A stretch of DNA of 64,000 bases from Beijerinckiaceae bacterium (lineage in GTDB: Bacteria > Pseudomonadota > Alphaproteobacteria > Rhizobiales > Beijerinckiaceae): assembly GCA_046349215.1 (NCBI GenBank), contig JAXMCV010000001.1:830434-894433 (forward strand), read 5' to 3'. Each line of letters begins with the position of its first letter. Within the stretch, counting starts at the first letter, position 1. This document shows, piece by piece, positions 18,199 to 26,967 of the stretch. The notes under the pieces were generated by a model, which worked only from the letters and a program-made list of their open reading frames with translations, was not told the origin of the DNA and ran no database searches. Made by a program: the position numbers and the translations under genes.

Positions 18199-19155
18199 TC
18201 AGAGCTTCTTGCGCGGCTCGTAGGGCGCGCTGTCCTTCCAGCGCCGCATCAGGGCCTCGAATTCCGGGTCCGGCTTCTCCGGCAGGACGATCTTCAGCGC
18301 CACGTAGAGATCGCCGCGCTGACCGCCCTTGCCTTCGAGTCCCTTGCCGCGCAGCCGCAAGGTGCGGCCCGACGACGAGTTCGGCGGAATGGACATTTCC
18401 ACCCTGCCCTCGAGCGTCGGCACGTCGATGGGCCCGCCGAGCGCCGCCTCGTACAGGGTGACCGGCAGGTCCATTCGCAGGTCGCGGCCCTCCACCCTGA
18501 ACAGCGGATGCTGGGCGAATTTCAGCGTGACGATCGCGTCGCCCGGTTCGCCGCCGTGCGGGCTGGGCTGCCCTTGGCCGCGCAGCCTGATCTGCTGGCC
18601 GTCCTCGACCCCGCGCGGAATCTTTACCTCGACCATGCGGCCGGTCGGCAGGACGACATTGACCTTGCCGGCCTTCGCCACCTCGTCGAGGGGCGCGAGC
18701 ACGGTCGCCGTGAAATCCTCGCCCTTGGGCGGCGGGCCGGCCCGGCCGCGGCCCCTGCCGCCGCCGAACAATTCGGAAAAGATGTCGCCGGCGTTGAAGC
18801 CCCCGCCCGCGCCGCCGCCGAACGGCGATCCGCCGCCGCCGTAGTGGAATTCGAAATGTTCGGCGCCGCCGGGACCCGCCTGTCGGCGGAAGCCGCCGGG
18901 ACCGCCCGCGCCGAAACCCTCGAAGCCGCGCGGCTTGCCGTCGGCGCCGATCTCGCCGCGGTCGAACTGGCCGCGCTTCTCCGCGTCGCCGACGATTTCG
19001 TAGGCGGAATTGGCCTCGGCGAATTTCTCCTTGGCCTTGGGGTCGTTCTTGTTCTGGTCGGGATGGTATTTCTTCGCGAGCTTGCGGAAGGCCTTCTTGA
19101 TCTCGTCCGCGCTCGCGGTCTTAGAAACACCGAGAACGTCATAAGGGTCGCGCAT
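18199..19155 (-). CDS. DnaJ-class chaperone without zinc finger (CbpA-like)
   Basis: Trimmed to ATG 19155 ([34 protein letters not shown]-domain HPD). G/F-rich linker followed by DnaJ C-terminal domains. Confidence 0.85.
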   Translation of the reverse strand: MRDPYDVLGVSKTASADEIKKAFRKLAKKYHPDQNKNDPKAKEKFAEANSAYEIVGDAEKRGQFDRGEIGADGKPRGFEGFGAGGPGGFRRQAGPGGAEHFEFHYGGGGSPFGGGAGGGFNAGDIFSELFGGGRGRGRAGPPPKGEDFTATVLAPLDEVAKAGKVNVVLPTGRMVEVKIPRGVEDGQQIRLRGQGQPSPHGGEPGDAIVTLKFAQHPLFRVEGRDLRMDLPVTLYEAALGGPIDVPTLEGRVEMSIPPNSSSGRTLRLRGKGLEGKGGQRGDLYVALKIVLPEKPDPEFEALMRRWKDSAPYEPRKKL

Positions 19156-19310
19156 AATTCCAAGCCCAATCCGGCGCGGCCCTGACGGCGCCCCGCCTGT
19201 TGTCTTGTCACATATTTGGGATCGGCATGTCGCTTGCGCAAGCTCTGCGGCGCCAAAGCGCACCGACGCTGCGGGAGTTTTCCCGTCCTGATGCAGGCAA
19301 GGAGATTTCG

Positions 19311-19985
19311 ATGAGCCCGCGCCTCGCCTTGCTTTCCGTCCTGCCCACCCTCGCCGCGCTCGCGTTGACGGTGAGCGCCGCCGCAGCGGCGGACGATTGC
19401 TTCCTCTCCGACGACCTCTCGGACCTGAAGGGGGTCGCCCGGATCGCCGGCGACGGAAAGGCCGCCTTCGGCGCGACGCCTGACAAGGCGGGCGCCTGCG
19501 TCGGTAAATGCGCCTATGTGCTGCCGGGCGACGTGGTCGCCTTCGGCGCCGCCAGGGGCGCCGCGACCTGCGCCGCCTTCACCGGCGCCGGCGGGCGGCA
19601 GACCTTCGGCTGGCTGCCGACCGACCGTCTCGGCCCCTACGCGCCCGCCATCGCCGACTGGGCCGGCTACTGGGGCGACAAGGACCGGTATGTCTCGATC
19701 AAGGTCGACGGCGGCGATCTCGCGATCGAAGCGAAGATGACCTACCAGGGCGCCGGCCCGGTCTTTTCGGGCGCCTTCCACGGCAAGGCCGTTCCGGTCG
19801 GCGGCATCGTTACGCTGGCCAACGACGCCAAAGGCCGGCAGGTCGATCCGGCCAAGGCGCCGGCCGAGGCCTGCAGGGCGAAACTCGTCCTGGCCGGCGG
19901 CGCGCTGCTCGTTCACGACGAGGGCTGCGTCGGCGCGGGGAGCGCCGCCAATTTCGACGGCGCCTATACGCGGCTGAAGAATTGA
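19311..19985 (+). CDS. secreted hypothetical protein
   Basis: AGGAGA RBS, then ATG 19311. Signal peptide [26 protein letters not shown]. Confidence 0.55.
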   Translation: MSPRLALLSVLPTLAALALTVSAAAAADDCFLSDDLSDLKGVARIAGDGKAAFGATPDKAGACVGKCAYVLPGDVVAFGAARGAATCAAFTGAGGRQTFGWLPTDRLGPYAPAIADWAGYWGDKDRYVSIKVDGGDLAIEAKMTYQGAGPVFSGAFHGKAVPVGGIVTLANDAKGRQVDPAKAPAEACRAKLVLAGGALLVHDEGCVGAGSAANFDGAYTRLKN

Positions 19986-20016
19986 AGGCTGGCGCGGACG
20001 CGTCCATGCTGCGCCC

Positions 20017-20520
20017 ATGATCGACGCGAACTACGTCCGCACCTTCGCCCGCTACAATCGCTGGCAGAACCAGAGCATCTACGGCGCGGCGGACGCGTTG
20101 AGCGACGAGGAGCGCCGGCGCGACCGCGGCGCCTTCTTCGGCTCGATCCACGCCACGCTCTGCCATCTCTACTGGGGCGACAACATGTGGATGAGCCGGC
20201 TCTCCGATGTTCCCCGACCGGAGGTCAGCATTCCCGGCTCGACGACGTTCGTCGAGGACTGGAACGAACTGAAGCAGAAACGCGCGGCTTTCGACGAACG
20301 CATCATCGCCTGGGCGGATGCGCTGGACGACGACGCGCTGAAAGGCGAATTGCGCTATTTCTCACGCGTCGCGCAAAAGGACATCGTCAAGCCGCGCTGG
20401 CTGGCGGTCGTGCATGTTTTCAATCACCAGACGCATCATCGCGGGCAGGCGCACGCCATGCTGACAGCGGCCGGCGCGAAACCCGCGGATACCGACCTGG
20501 TTTTCATGCAGGGGACGTGA
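20017..20520 (+). CDS. DinB-family (DinB/YfiT-like four-helix bundle) protein
   Basis: ANYVRTFARYNRWQNQSIY, FFGSIHATLCHLYWGD, and HVFNHQTHHRGQAHAML. Confidence 0.85.
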   Translation: MIDANYVRTFARYNRWQNQSIYGAADALSDEERRRDRGAFFGSIHATLCHLYWGDNMWMSRLSDVPRPEVSIPGSTTFVEDWNELKQKRAAFDERIIAWADALDDDALKGELRYFSRVAQKDIVKPRWLAVVHVFNHQTHHRGQAHAMLTAAGAKPADTDLVFMQGT

Positions 20521-20592
20521 GGCGGCGAGGTAGTTGACGTTGAAGAACCGCAATTGCTTTAGTGCCTCGATTGTTTTTCGAAAGCTATTTCC

Positions 20593-21009
20593 TTGCCGAT
20601 TAACTTCGTTCCCGAACGCGGGCGCATACTTCTTTGCGATTTCCGCCGAGCGCGCGTGGCTCCGGAGATGGACAAGACCAGACGGGTCGTCGTGGTTTCG
20701 CCGAGGTCTTACAACGAGCGGCATGGATACGGACCGGGCCGGTGTCTAGTCGTGCCGTTTTCGGCCAGCCATCCCGGCGATCGTATCACCCCTTCGGACG
20801 TGTTCTTCGCCAGAGGCAAATATAGCTGCCTCAATGCCGACACTTGGGCCGTCTGCAGTTCGTCCATGGCTGTATCCCATGAAAGACTCGACCGGGTCAG
20901 AGTTGCGAATGCATTTCCCAGGGAATTGCTAAGCGAAGCGGACCTCAATCGCATAGCCGAGGGGCTGAAGCACGCGTTCGGTATTGCAATTGCGTCCGCC
21001 AAAGCTTGA
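20593..21009 (+). CDS. PemK/MazF-superfamily (YifN-like) toxin-fold protein, orphan
   Basis: TTG start. N-terminus PERGRILLCDFRRARVAPEMDKTRRVVVVSPRS fits the MazF/PemK pattern (RGxI..DF...PE..K.RP.VVVS). Codon usage is visibly less GC3-biased than the neighbours. Confidence 0.55.
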   Translation: MPINFVPERGRILLCDFRRARVAPEMDKTRRVVVVSPRSYNERHGYGPGRCLVVPFSASHPGDRITPSDVFFARGKYSCLNADTWAVCSSSMAVSHERLDRVRVANAFPRELLSEADLNRIAEGLKHAFGIAIASAKA

Positions 21010-21100
21010 ATCGCGGGGCGAAGAAGCCTATCTTCGCCGATATCCCTTCGGGGACCTGGGGGTCTGAAGCCCGCTTTTCGGAGCCGTTTCCTGCCCCGCT

Positions 21101-21128
21101 AAAACCCCGCCCCACGGCGGGGTTTTTT
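21101..21128. terminator. bidirectional intrinsic terminator AAAA-CCCCGCC-ccac-GGCGGGG-TTTTTT
   Basis: 7-bp GC stem flanked by an A-run and a T-run. Lies between convergent 20593..21009 (+) and xseB (-). Confidence 0.85.
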
Positions 21129-21135
21129 CTTTTCC

Positions 21136-21381
21136 CTACTCCACGTCGAGCGGCGTCGTCCCCGCCGGCTTGCCGTCGGCGCCGAGCCTGATCTTCTCGA
21201 TCCGCGCCTCGGCCTGCTTCAGGAGGTCTTCGCAGCGCTTTTTCAGCAGTTCGCCCTTCTCGTAGGCGGCAATCGAATCCTCAAGGCTTATGTCGCCCTT
21301 TTCCAGCCGGGCGACGATGGTCTCGAGTTCCTTCATCGCCGCCTCGAACGGCATGTCTGCAATTGTCTTCGCGTCGCTCAT
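21136..21381 (-). CDS. xseB: exodeoxyribonuclease VII small subunit
   Basis: [43 protein letters not shown]. Length 81 aa. Confidence 0.95.
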   Translation of the reverse strand: MSDAKTIADMPFEAAMKELETIVARLEKGDISLEDSIAAYEKGELLKKRCEDLLKQAEARIEKIRLGADGKPAGTTPLDVE

Positions 21382-21399
21382 CTCGACTCCTCGGGCGGC

Positions 21400-24141
21400 T
21401 TATAGCACGGGTTCGCCGGGCGGCGCCTCCTCCGGCGGGCGGGGACGGCCGAAGACGAGTTTCTGGTAGAGAAGCCCGATCCCGATCAGCACCAGCCCGA
21501 GGCCGATGAAGGACAGGGCGCGCATCAGGCCCTCCAGACCCGACATGTCGTAGAGGAAGACTTTCAGCGTCGCGGCCAGCACGAACAGGGCGGAGGCGAT
21601 GCGCGCGCCCTGCATCCGGCGGACCACGCCGTAGATCAGCAAGAGCGCGCCGAGCGCCAGCCACACCGCCGAATAGGCCCAGATCTCGACCTGCCCGGCG
21701 CCCTCGCCAGAGCAGATCGTCGCGCCGTGGAAGAAACGTCGCGTCTGCAGGCAGGCGTACATGAACAGGAGCGCCAGCGACAAGACGCCCGCGCCCGTCG
21801 TGAACCAATCGGGTCTCACGCCCCGCGACACGCGCATGAGGATCGCCGCGAGAACGGCGGGAACCGCATAGGCGAGGAGGAGGCCGTTGAAGAGCAACCC
21901 GCCGGGCACGGGTTCGCAGTCGAAATAAGGATTTGAATCGAAGCCGAGCCCTGCCGCGACCAGCGGCACGGAGAGCACGCCGAAGCCGAGCGAAGCATAG
22001 TGAAAGACCGGGCTGGCGCGGCGCAGGTCGAGCCTGGTCAGCGCGATCGAGAAGATCAGCGCGGTCGCCGCGAACAGGCCTTCCTCCAGCAGCGAGGACA
22101 AGGGGGCGAGGACATTTCCGCCGTTGAGCGCGTGCCTGATCTCGAAGACGCAGAGCAGCGCGGAAAAGGCGATGCAGAGCGCCTGCGCGACACGCACCGG
22201 CAGGTCCTCGTCCTTCGCCAGCCGCATGAGGCGCGCGGCGAAACCGAAAGCGAGCGCCGGCGCGCCGTAGCCGAACAGCAGCCAGTTGAAGACCGGCGTC
22301 TTGCCGAGCGCCTCGCCGACGATGCGCGGCTCCCAGGCGAGGCGGCCGAGAACGACGAAGCCCATCGCCGCAACCGCCCAGCGCAGCGCGACGATATCCA
22401 ACCGCGCCGAAACAGCGGCGGCGGCCAGCGCGGAGAGCGAGAGAGCGACGGTCAGCGCGCCGTGGTCAAAGACGAAGACGAAGCCGAGCGCCAGAGCGGC
22501 GAGCGCCGCCGTCGCAAAGGCGCCGAGCGCGAGTTTCGTCGCGGGCGGCGCGTCGGGCGAATCCCCGCGCCGGAAATATTGCGCGAGAAACACGAAGAGC
22601 GCGGCCAACGCGCCGGCGATCAGCGCAAACGGCGGGCTCGCCTCGCTTCGCGCCAGCCTCAGATAGGCGACGGAAAGAGCGAGCAGCGGCGTGACAGACG
22701 CGGCTGCCGCATAGAGACCCGCAAGCAGCGCGTCGAGCGCGCGCCCCGTCGCGAGCCGACGCGCGCCGAAGAAAGCGACGACGGCCGCCGCGAAAATGGC
22801 GAAAGCGGCAAAGCGCGCCGGACCGACCGGTTCGTGCAAAGTCGCGACAGCCGAGAGATGAACGGGCTTCGTCGCATCCCCCGTCCAGATCCAGAGAATC
22901 GCGATCCCGAGCGCGCCGGCGATCGGGACGCTGGCGGCCGGCGCGACGATGGCGCCGAGAAGCGCCAGCCCGCCGACCATCAGCGCCGAAAGGATCGTCG
23001 CCGTCGTGTCGAAATAGCCATGCGTCGCGCCATGCAGTGCGACGAAGGCGCAGACGGCGGCCAGACCACCCAGCACGGAAGCCGCGACCGGATCGAAACG
23101 CGCGTCCTCGTCGCGCGTCGTCGCATGCGGCAGCCACGCAATAAAGGCGCCGGCCAGCGCCGTCGAAACCAGAATGTGCACGAGCGCCGCGTGCAGGAAA
23201 TTGTGCGCGCCCTGTATCGCCAGCAGGATCGCCCAGACGCCTGCGCCGACGGCGGCCGCGCAGGCGAGCCACAGCCAGCGGCGGATACGCGAGAGCGCAT
23301 AGGCGGCGCCGGTCGCCGCCGCGAGATAGAGAACGACGGGCCAGGGATTGGGATCGTTGGACGAGACGAGCAGGGGCGCAGCGAAGGCGCCGACGAGGCC
23401 GAGTCCCGCAAGCGCCGGTCCGTGCAGCGCGGCCGCGAGAATGGAGGCCACCGCGATGGCGCCGAGCGTCACAAAGGCGAGGGCCGGTCCGATGAAGCCG
23501 TAGAGACCATGCGCCGCATAGACCGCGCCGAAAAGCGCGACCGTGCCGGCCGCTGTCAGGACAGCGGGCGTCTGCGTCGGCAGGCCGGCCTGCTCGCGGC
23601 GGCGCAGGAATTCGCCGGCGACGGCGAGCGCGGCGCCGAACAAAAGACCCAGGACACAGCGCGCGCCGGGTCCGAAATAGCCCTGCTCGATCGAATAGCG
23701 CACGAGCAGCAGGCCGCCGAGCGCCAGGGCGACGCCGCCGACCCAGACCGTCCAGCGCGCGCCGAGCCTTTCCTCAAGCGTGCGTGTATCGCGCGGCGGG
23801 GCGGGCGGAGCGCCCGCTGCTCCGGGCAGCGGCGGCGGTTCGGGAACCGGCGGCGGTTCGGGCGGCGCAACCGGGGATTCCGGAAGCGGCGGCGGTTCGC
23901 CTGGCGCATCCGTAATCGTGACGTCCGGCCAGGGTTCGGCGCGGGGCGGCGGGGTATCGAAGATGCCGCCCGGCAACGGTTGAGCAGCGCGCGGGGCGCC
24001 TGCGGCGCGCAAGTCGTTTTCGAGTTCGAAAATCCGCCGCTCGGCGACTGCGAGACGGCTGCGCGCGCCTATCGCCAGAAAGAGCGCGACCGGCCCGGCG
24101 GCGGCGAGCGCCACGGCTGCGAGCACGAGAAAGGCGTCCAC
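21400..24141 (-). CDS. DUF2339 family large polytopic membrane protein
   Basis: GTG start. One N-terminal TM helix, a coiled/proline-rich linker (PPPLPESPVAPPEPPPVPEPPPLP), then more than 20 hydrophobic helices. Length 913 aa. Confidence 0.8.
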   Translation of the reverse strand: MDAFLVLAAVALAAAGPVALFLAIGARSRLAVAERRIFELENDLRAAGAPRAAQPLPGGIFDTPPPRAEPWPDVTITDAPGEPPPLPESPVAPPEPPPVPEPPPLPGAAGAPPAPPRDTRTLEERLGARWTVWVGGVALALGGLLLVRYSIEQGYFGPGARCVLGLLFGAALAVAGEFLRRREQAGLPTQTPAVLTAAGTVALFGAVYAAHGLYGFIGPALAFVTLGAIAVASILAAALHGPALAGLGLVGAFAAPLLVSSNDPNPWPVVLYLAAATGAAYALSRIRRWLWLACAAAVGAGVWAILLAIQGAHNFLHAALVHILVSTALAGAFIAWLPHATTRDEDARFDPVAASVLGGLAAVCAFVALHGATHGYFDTTATILSALMVGGLALLGAIVAPAASVPIAGALGIAILWIWTGDATKPVHLSAVATLHEPVGPARFAAFAIFAAAVVAFFGARRLATGRALDALLAGLYAAAASVTPLLALSVAYLRLARSEASPPFALIAGALAALFVFLAQYFRRGDSPDAPPATKLALGAFATAALAALALGFVFVFDHGALTVALSLSALAAAAVSARLDIVALRWAVAAMGFVVLGRLAWEPRIVGEALGKTPVFNWLLFGYGAPALAFGFAARLMRLAKDEDLPVRVAQALCIAFSALLCVFEIRHALNGGNVLAPLSSLLEEGLFAATALIFSIALTRLDLRRASPVFHYASLGFGVLSVPLVAAGLGFDSNPYFDCEPVPGGLLFNGLLLAYAVPAVLAAILMRVSRGVRPDWFTTGAGVLSLALLFMYACLQTRRFFHGATICSGEGAGQVEIWAYSAVWLALGALLLIYGVVRRMQGARIASALFVLAATLKVFLYDMSGLEGLMRALSFIGLGLVLIGIGLLYQKLVFGRPRPPEEAPPGEPVL

Positions 24142-24218
24142 GTCCGGTCCCCCTGCTCCGGGCGTGCGCCCGGATCGAGATCAGAATGCCCTGCCGCAGC
24201 GCGGCTGCAAGTGCGCGC

Positions 24219-24728
24219 TCACACCGGCAGCGCGAAGGGCACGCCCTCGAAACAGTCGACGCCTCGGCCTATGGCGGCCACGGCGTCGACCATCCGGCCC
24301 TTTCGTCCGAGAATATCGTCTGCGACGGCCACGAAACGCGCATTGGGCGTGGCTGTCGGCGAGGCCGTGCGGATGGCGCGGGCGATCTCTACCTCGGAGC
24401 GTTCCGGACGCAGCGCGCAGGCGGATGCAAAGGCGGCCGCCGTCGAGCGGCTGACGCCCGCCCAGCAATGGATGAGCAGCGGATCGGCGCGATCCCAGGC
24501 GCGCACGAAGGTCAGAAGCTTTTCGACGTGTTCGACATCGGGCGCGACATGGCCCTGCGCAGGCGCGAGAATGTCGGACATGCCGATGAACAGGTGACGG
24601 CTGCTGTCGATGAGCGCCGGCCGCGTGACCGGCGTACCGACGTTGATGAGCGTCACCATCGAACGCGCGCCGCTCTCGGCGACGACGTCGTCGATCATGC
24701 GCAGCGGGCAAACGTGCAGGCGCGGCAT
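24219..24728 (-). CDS. protein-tyrosine/dual-specificity phosphatase-like protein
   Basis: Active-site loop HCWAGVSRS (HCxxGxxRS). The ATG overlaps the upstream stop by 1 nt. Confidence 0.75.
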   Translation of the reverse strand: MPRLHVCPLRMIDDVVAESGARSMVTLINVGTPVTRPALIDSSRHLFIGMSDILAPAQGHVAPDVEHVEKLLTFVRAWDRADPLLIHCWAGVSRSTAAAFASACALRPERSEVEIARAIRTASPTATPNARFVAVADDILGRKGRMVDAVAAIGRGVDCFEGVPFALPV

Positions 24729-25327
24729 CAGGCCTCCGTTTCGATGGCGCGGAAGCGTGCGAGAAATCGCTGTTCGGCTTCCTGCGACGAGATCGGCGCC
24801 AGCAATTCGTCCAGACCACGCGGGCGAAAATCGGGACGTCCGAAGAACTTCTGCGCCTCGGACAGTTCGAAGCCCGCGAGCGCGGTGGCCTCGAAGAACG
24901 CCGCGGCGCGATCGGCTTTCTTCACCAGCGCCGAGAGGCCGGCGGCGGGCTTCGCCGGCAGGCCGTAGCGCAGCAGGATAGCGGCCAGGATGCGGTTCTC
25001 GACCTGCTTGTAGGAATCGCCAATCACCGCCTTGAACGGCGAGATCATGTCGCCGACCACATATTCCGGAGCATCGTGCAGCAGCGCGAACAAGGCGCCC
25101 CGCGATCCGATGCCGATGTCGATGGAGGACGCGATCTTCTCGACGAGCAGCGAATGCTGCGCGACAGAGAAGATGTGCGGGCCGGTCGTCTGGCCGTTCC
25201 AGCGGGCGACGCGCGCGAGGCCATGCGCAATGTCCTCGATCTCGACGTCGAGCGGCGAGGGATCGAGCAGGTCGAGGCGGCGCCCCGACAGCATCCGCTG
25301 CCAGGCGCGGGGCGCGACGCGGCTCAT
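24728..25327 (-). CDS. HD-domain hydrolase (YfbR-like 5'-deoxynucleotidase family)
   Basis: Trimmed to ATG 25327 (MSRVAPRAW..). Motifs HIFSVAQHSLLV and LLHDAPEYVVGDMISPFK. There is a 4-nt ATGA overlap with tag. Confidence 0.75.
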   Translation of the reverse strand: MSRVAPRAWQRMLSGRRLDLLDPSPLDVEIEDIAHGLARVARWNGQTTGPHIFSVAQHSLLVEKIASSIDIGIGSRGALFALLHDAPEYVVGDMISPFKAVIGDSYKQVENRILAAILLRYGLPAKPAAGLSALVKKADRAAAFFEATALAGFELSEAQKFFGRPDFRPRGLDELLAPISSQEAEQRFLARFRAIETEA

Positions 25328-25950
25328 TTCCTTTTCAACGCCAGTGACGCGCAGCGCGCATGGCAATGACAATCGACGAGATGATCGTTGACCATGCCGG
25401 TCGCCTGCATGAACGCATAGACGATGGTCGGGCCGCAGAACTTGAAGCCGGCCTCCTTCAGCGCCTTCGACATCTTTCTCGATGTCTCCGTCTCGGCCTG
25501 GATGTCGTTGAGATCGCGCAGCTTGCCCTGCACGGGCACGCCGTCGACGAACTTCCACAGGAAATTCGAGAAGCCTTCCTTCTCCTCGATCTTCAGCCAG
25601 GCGCGGGCCGAGAGCACCGCGCCTTCCACCTTCTGGCGATTGCGGACGATGCCTTCGTCGGCCATCAGCTTTTCGATCTTCGCCGGCTTGTAGCGTGCGA
25701 TCTTCGCGGGTTCGAAACGGTCGAAGGCCTTTCGGAAATTGTCGCGCTTGCGCAGGATGGTGATCCAGGAGAGACCCGCCTGGAAACCGTCGAGGATCAG
25801 CTTCTCGAACAGGGCGCGCGAATCATATTCCGGCACGCCCCATTCGTTGTCGTGATAGGCGACGTAGAGCGGATCGACGCCCGGCCACGGGCAGCGGGCG
25901 AGGCCGTCGTCGTGCAGAATCGCGGGGCGCTTCTCGGGTTTTTTCGCCAT
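25324..25950 (-). CDS. tag: DNA-3-methyladenine glycosylase I
   Basis: CPWPGVDPLYVAYHDNEWGVPEYDSRALFEKLILDGFQAGLSWITIL. C-terminal zinc ligands (H..C.C). Confidence 0.95.
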   Translation of the reverse strand: MAKKPEKRPAILHDDGLARCPWPGVDPLYVAYHDNEWGVPEYDSRALFEKLILDGFQAGLSWITILRKRDNFRKAFDRFEPAKIARYKPAKIEKLMADEGIVRNRQKVEGAVLSARAWLKIEEKEGFSNFLWKFVDGVPVQGKLRDLNDIQAETETSRKMSKALKEAGFKFCGPTIVYAFMQATGMVNDHLVDCHCHARCASLALKRK

Positions 25951-25989
25951 GTCGCGTCTTAGCGAAAAGGCGGACGGCGGGGAAGGCGG

Positions 25990-26814
25990 TCAGGGCAGGA
26001 CGCGAAGGCGCGCGCCGTCCGCCGTCAGCGGCGCGTCCTTCGCCTCGTCCAGCCGGTCCGTCCGCAACGTGGCGAGGCCCTTGCCGGCGAGGACGCCGCC
26101 GAGCGCGCCGACCGAGATCCCGGCGGCGCGAATGTCGGCGCCGGGCGGCGCGTCCCCCTCGACCTCGACCTTCAGGACGCGTTTGCGCGCCAGCCCGCGA
26201 TGCTGCATGCGCGACACGACTTCCTGTCCGACGTAGCAGCCCTTGTCGAAGGCGACGCCGTGCAGCAGGTCCATGTTGGTCTCATGCGGAAAGGCGTCGC
26301 CGTAGGCAAAGTCGAGGCCGCCCTTCGGAACGCCGCAGGCGATGCGGTGGGCCTCGTAGAGGGCGGGCGCATCGGTCGCGAGAGCCTCCGCGGCCGGCCG
26401 AGGAAGAATGATGCGACGGCCGAGCGACGCCTCGCGCGGATCGGCATAGGCGATCGCATCCGCGGGCGCCGACGCTTCGTCGCCGAACAGGGCGACGACG
26501 GCCAGGGCGTCGTCGCCACGCGCATCGCTCGACAGATCCTCGATCTGCACTTTCGAGCGCAGCCTGTAGAAACCGAGCCGCTTTACCAGATCGGCGGCCC
26601 TTTCGCGCGGCGCATCGAGCAGGAAGTCCTCGCCGGTCTGGACGACGAAGAAATCGAACAGGATCTTGCCCTGGGGCGTCAGCAGCGCCCCGAAGGCCGG
26701 CGCATCGGGAGCAACCCTGTCCATGTCGCAGGTGACGAGCCCCTGCAGGAAGACGCGCGCATCAGTCCCGGAGACGGATACGACGGAGCGATCTGAAAGA
26801 AGGACGACGGGCAT
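25990..26814 (-). CDS. ygfZ: folate-binding Fe-S cluster repair/tRNA-modification protein YgfZ
   Basis: FLQGLVTCD, TPQGKILFDF, and the signature KGCYVGQEVVSRMQHRG. Confidence 0.85.
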   Translation of the reverse strand: MPVVLLSDRSVVSVSGTDARVFLQGLVTCDMDRVAPDAPAFGALLTPQGKILFDFFVVQTGEDFLLDAPRERAADLVKRLGFYRLRSKVQIEDLSSDARGDDALAVVALFGDEASAPADAIAYADPREASLGRRIILPRPAAEALATDAPALYEAHRIACGVPKGGLDFAYGDAFPHETNMDLLHGVAFDKGCYVGQEVVSRMQHRGLARKRVLKVEVEGDAPPGADIRAAGISVGALGGVLAGKGLATLRTDRLDEAKDAPLTADGARLRVLP

Positions 26815-26967
26815 GACATTCCTGAACGATAGATCGCAAATTGTGTCGCCTGTGCTTCAAGTCAAGCGCCTTCAGGCCATTTGCTGGGTCGCCCCGCAAG
26901 CGGCAGGCCAGCGGTTTGCGGGCGCGGCGGGTTGGCCTTAAGAGCAGGGCCGGACACGGGGAAACGC

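Noticed and set aside
21006-21191. A 61-aa ORF downstream of the toxin-like gene, considered as a potential antitoxin.
   Set aside because: It reads straight through the strong bidirectional terminator hairpin and into the antisense of xseB. It has no RBS and its composition is not protein-like.
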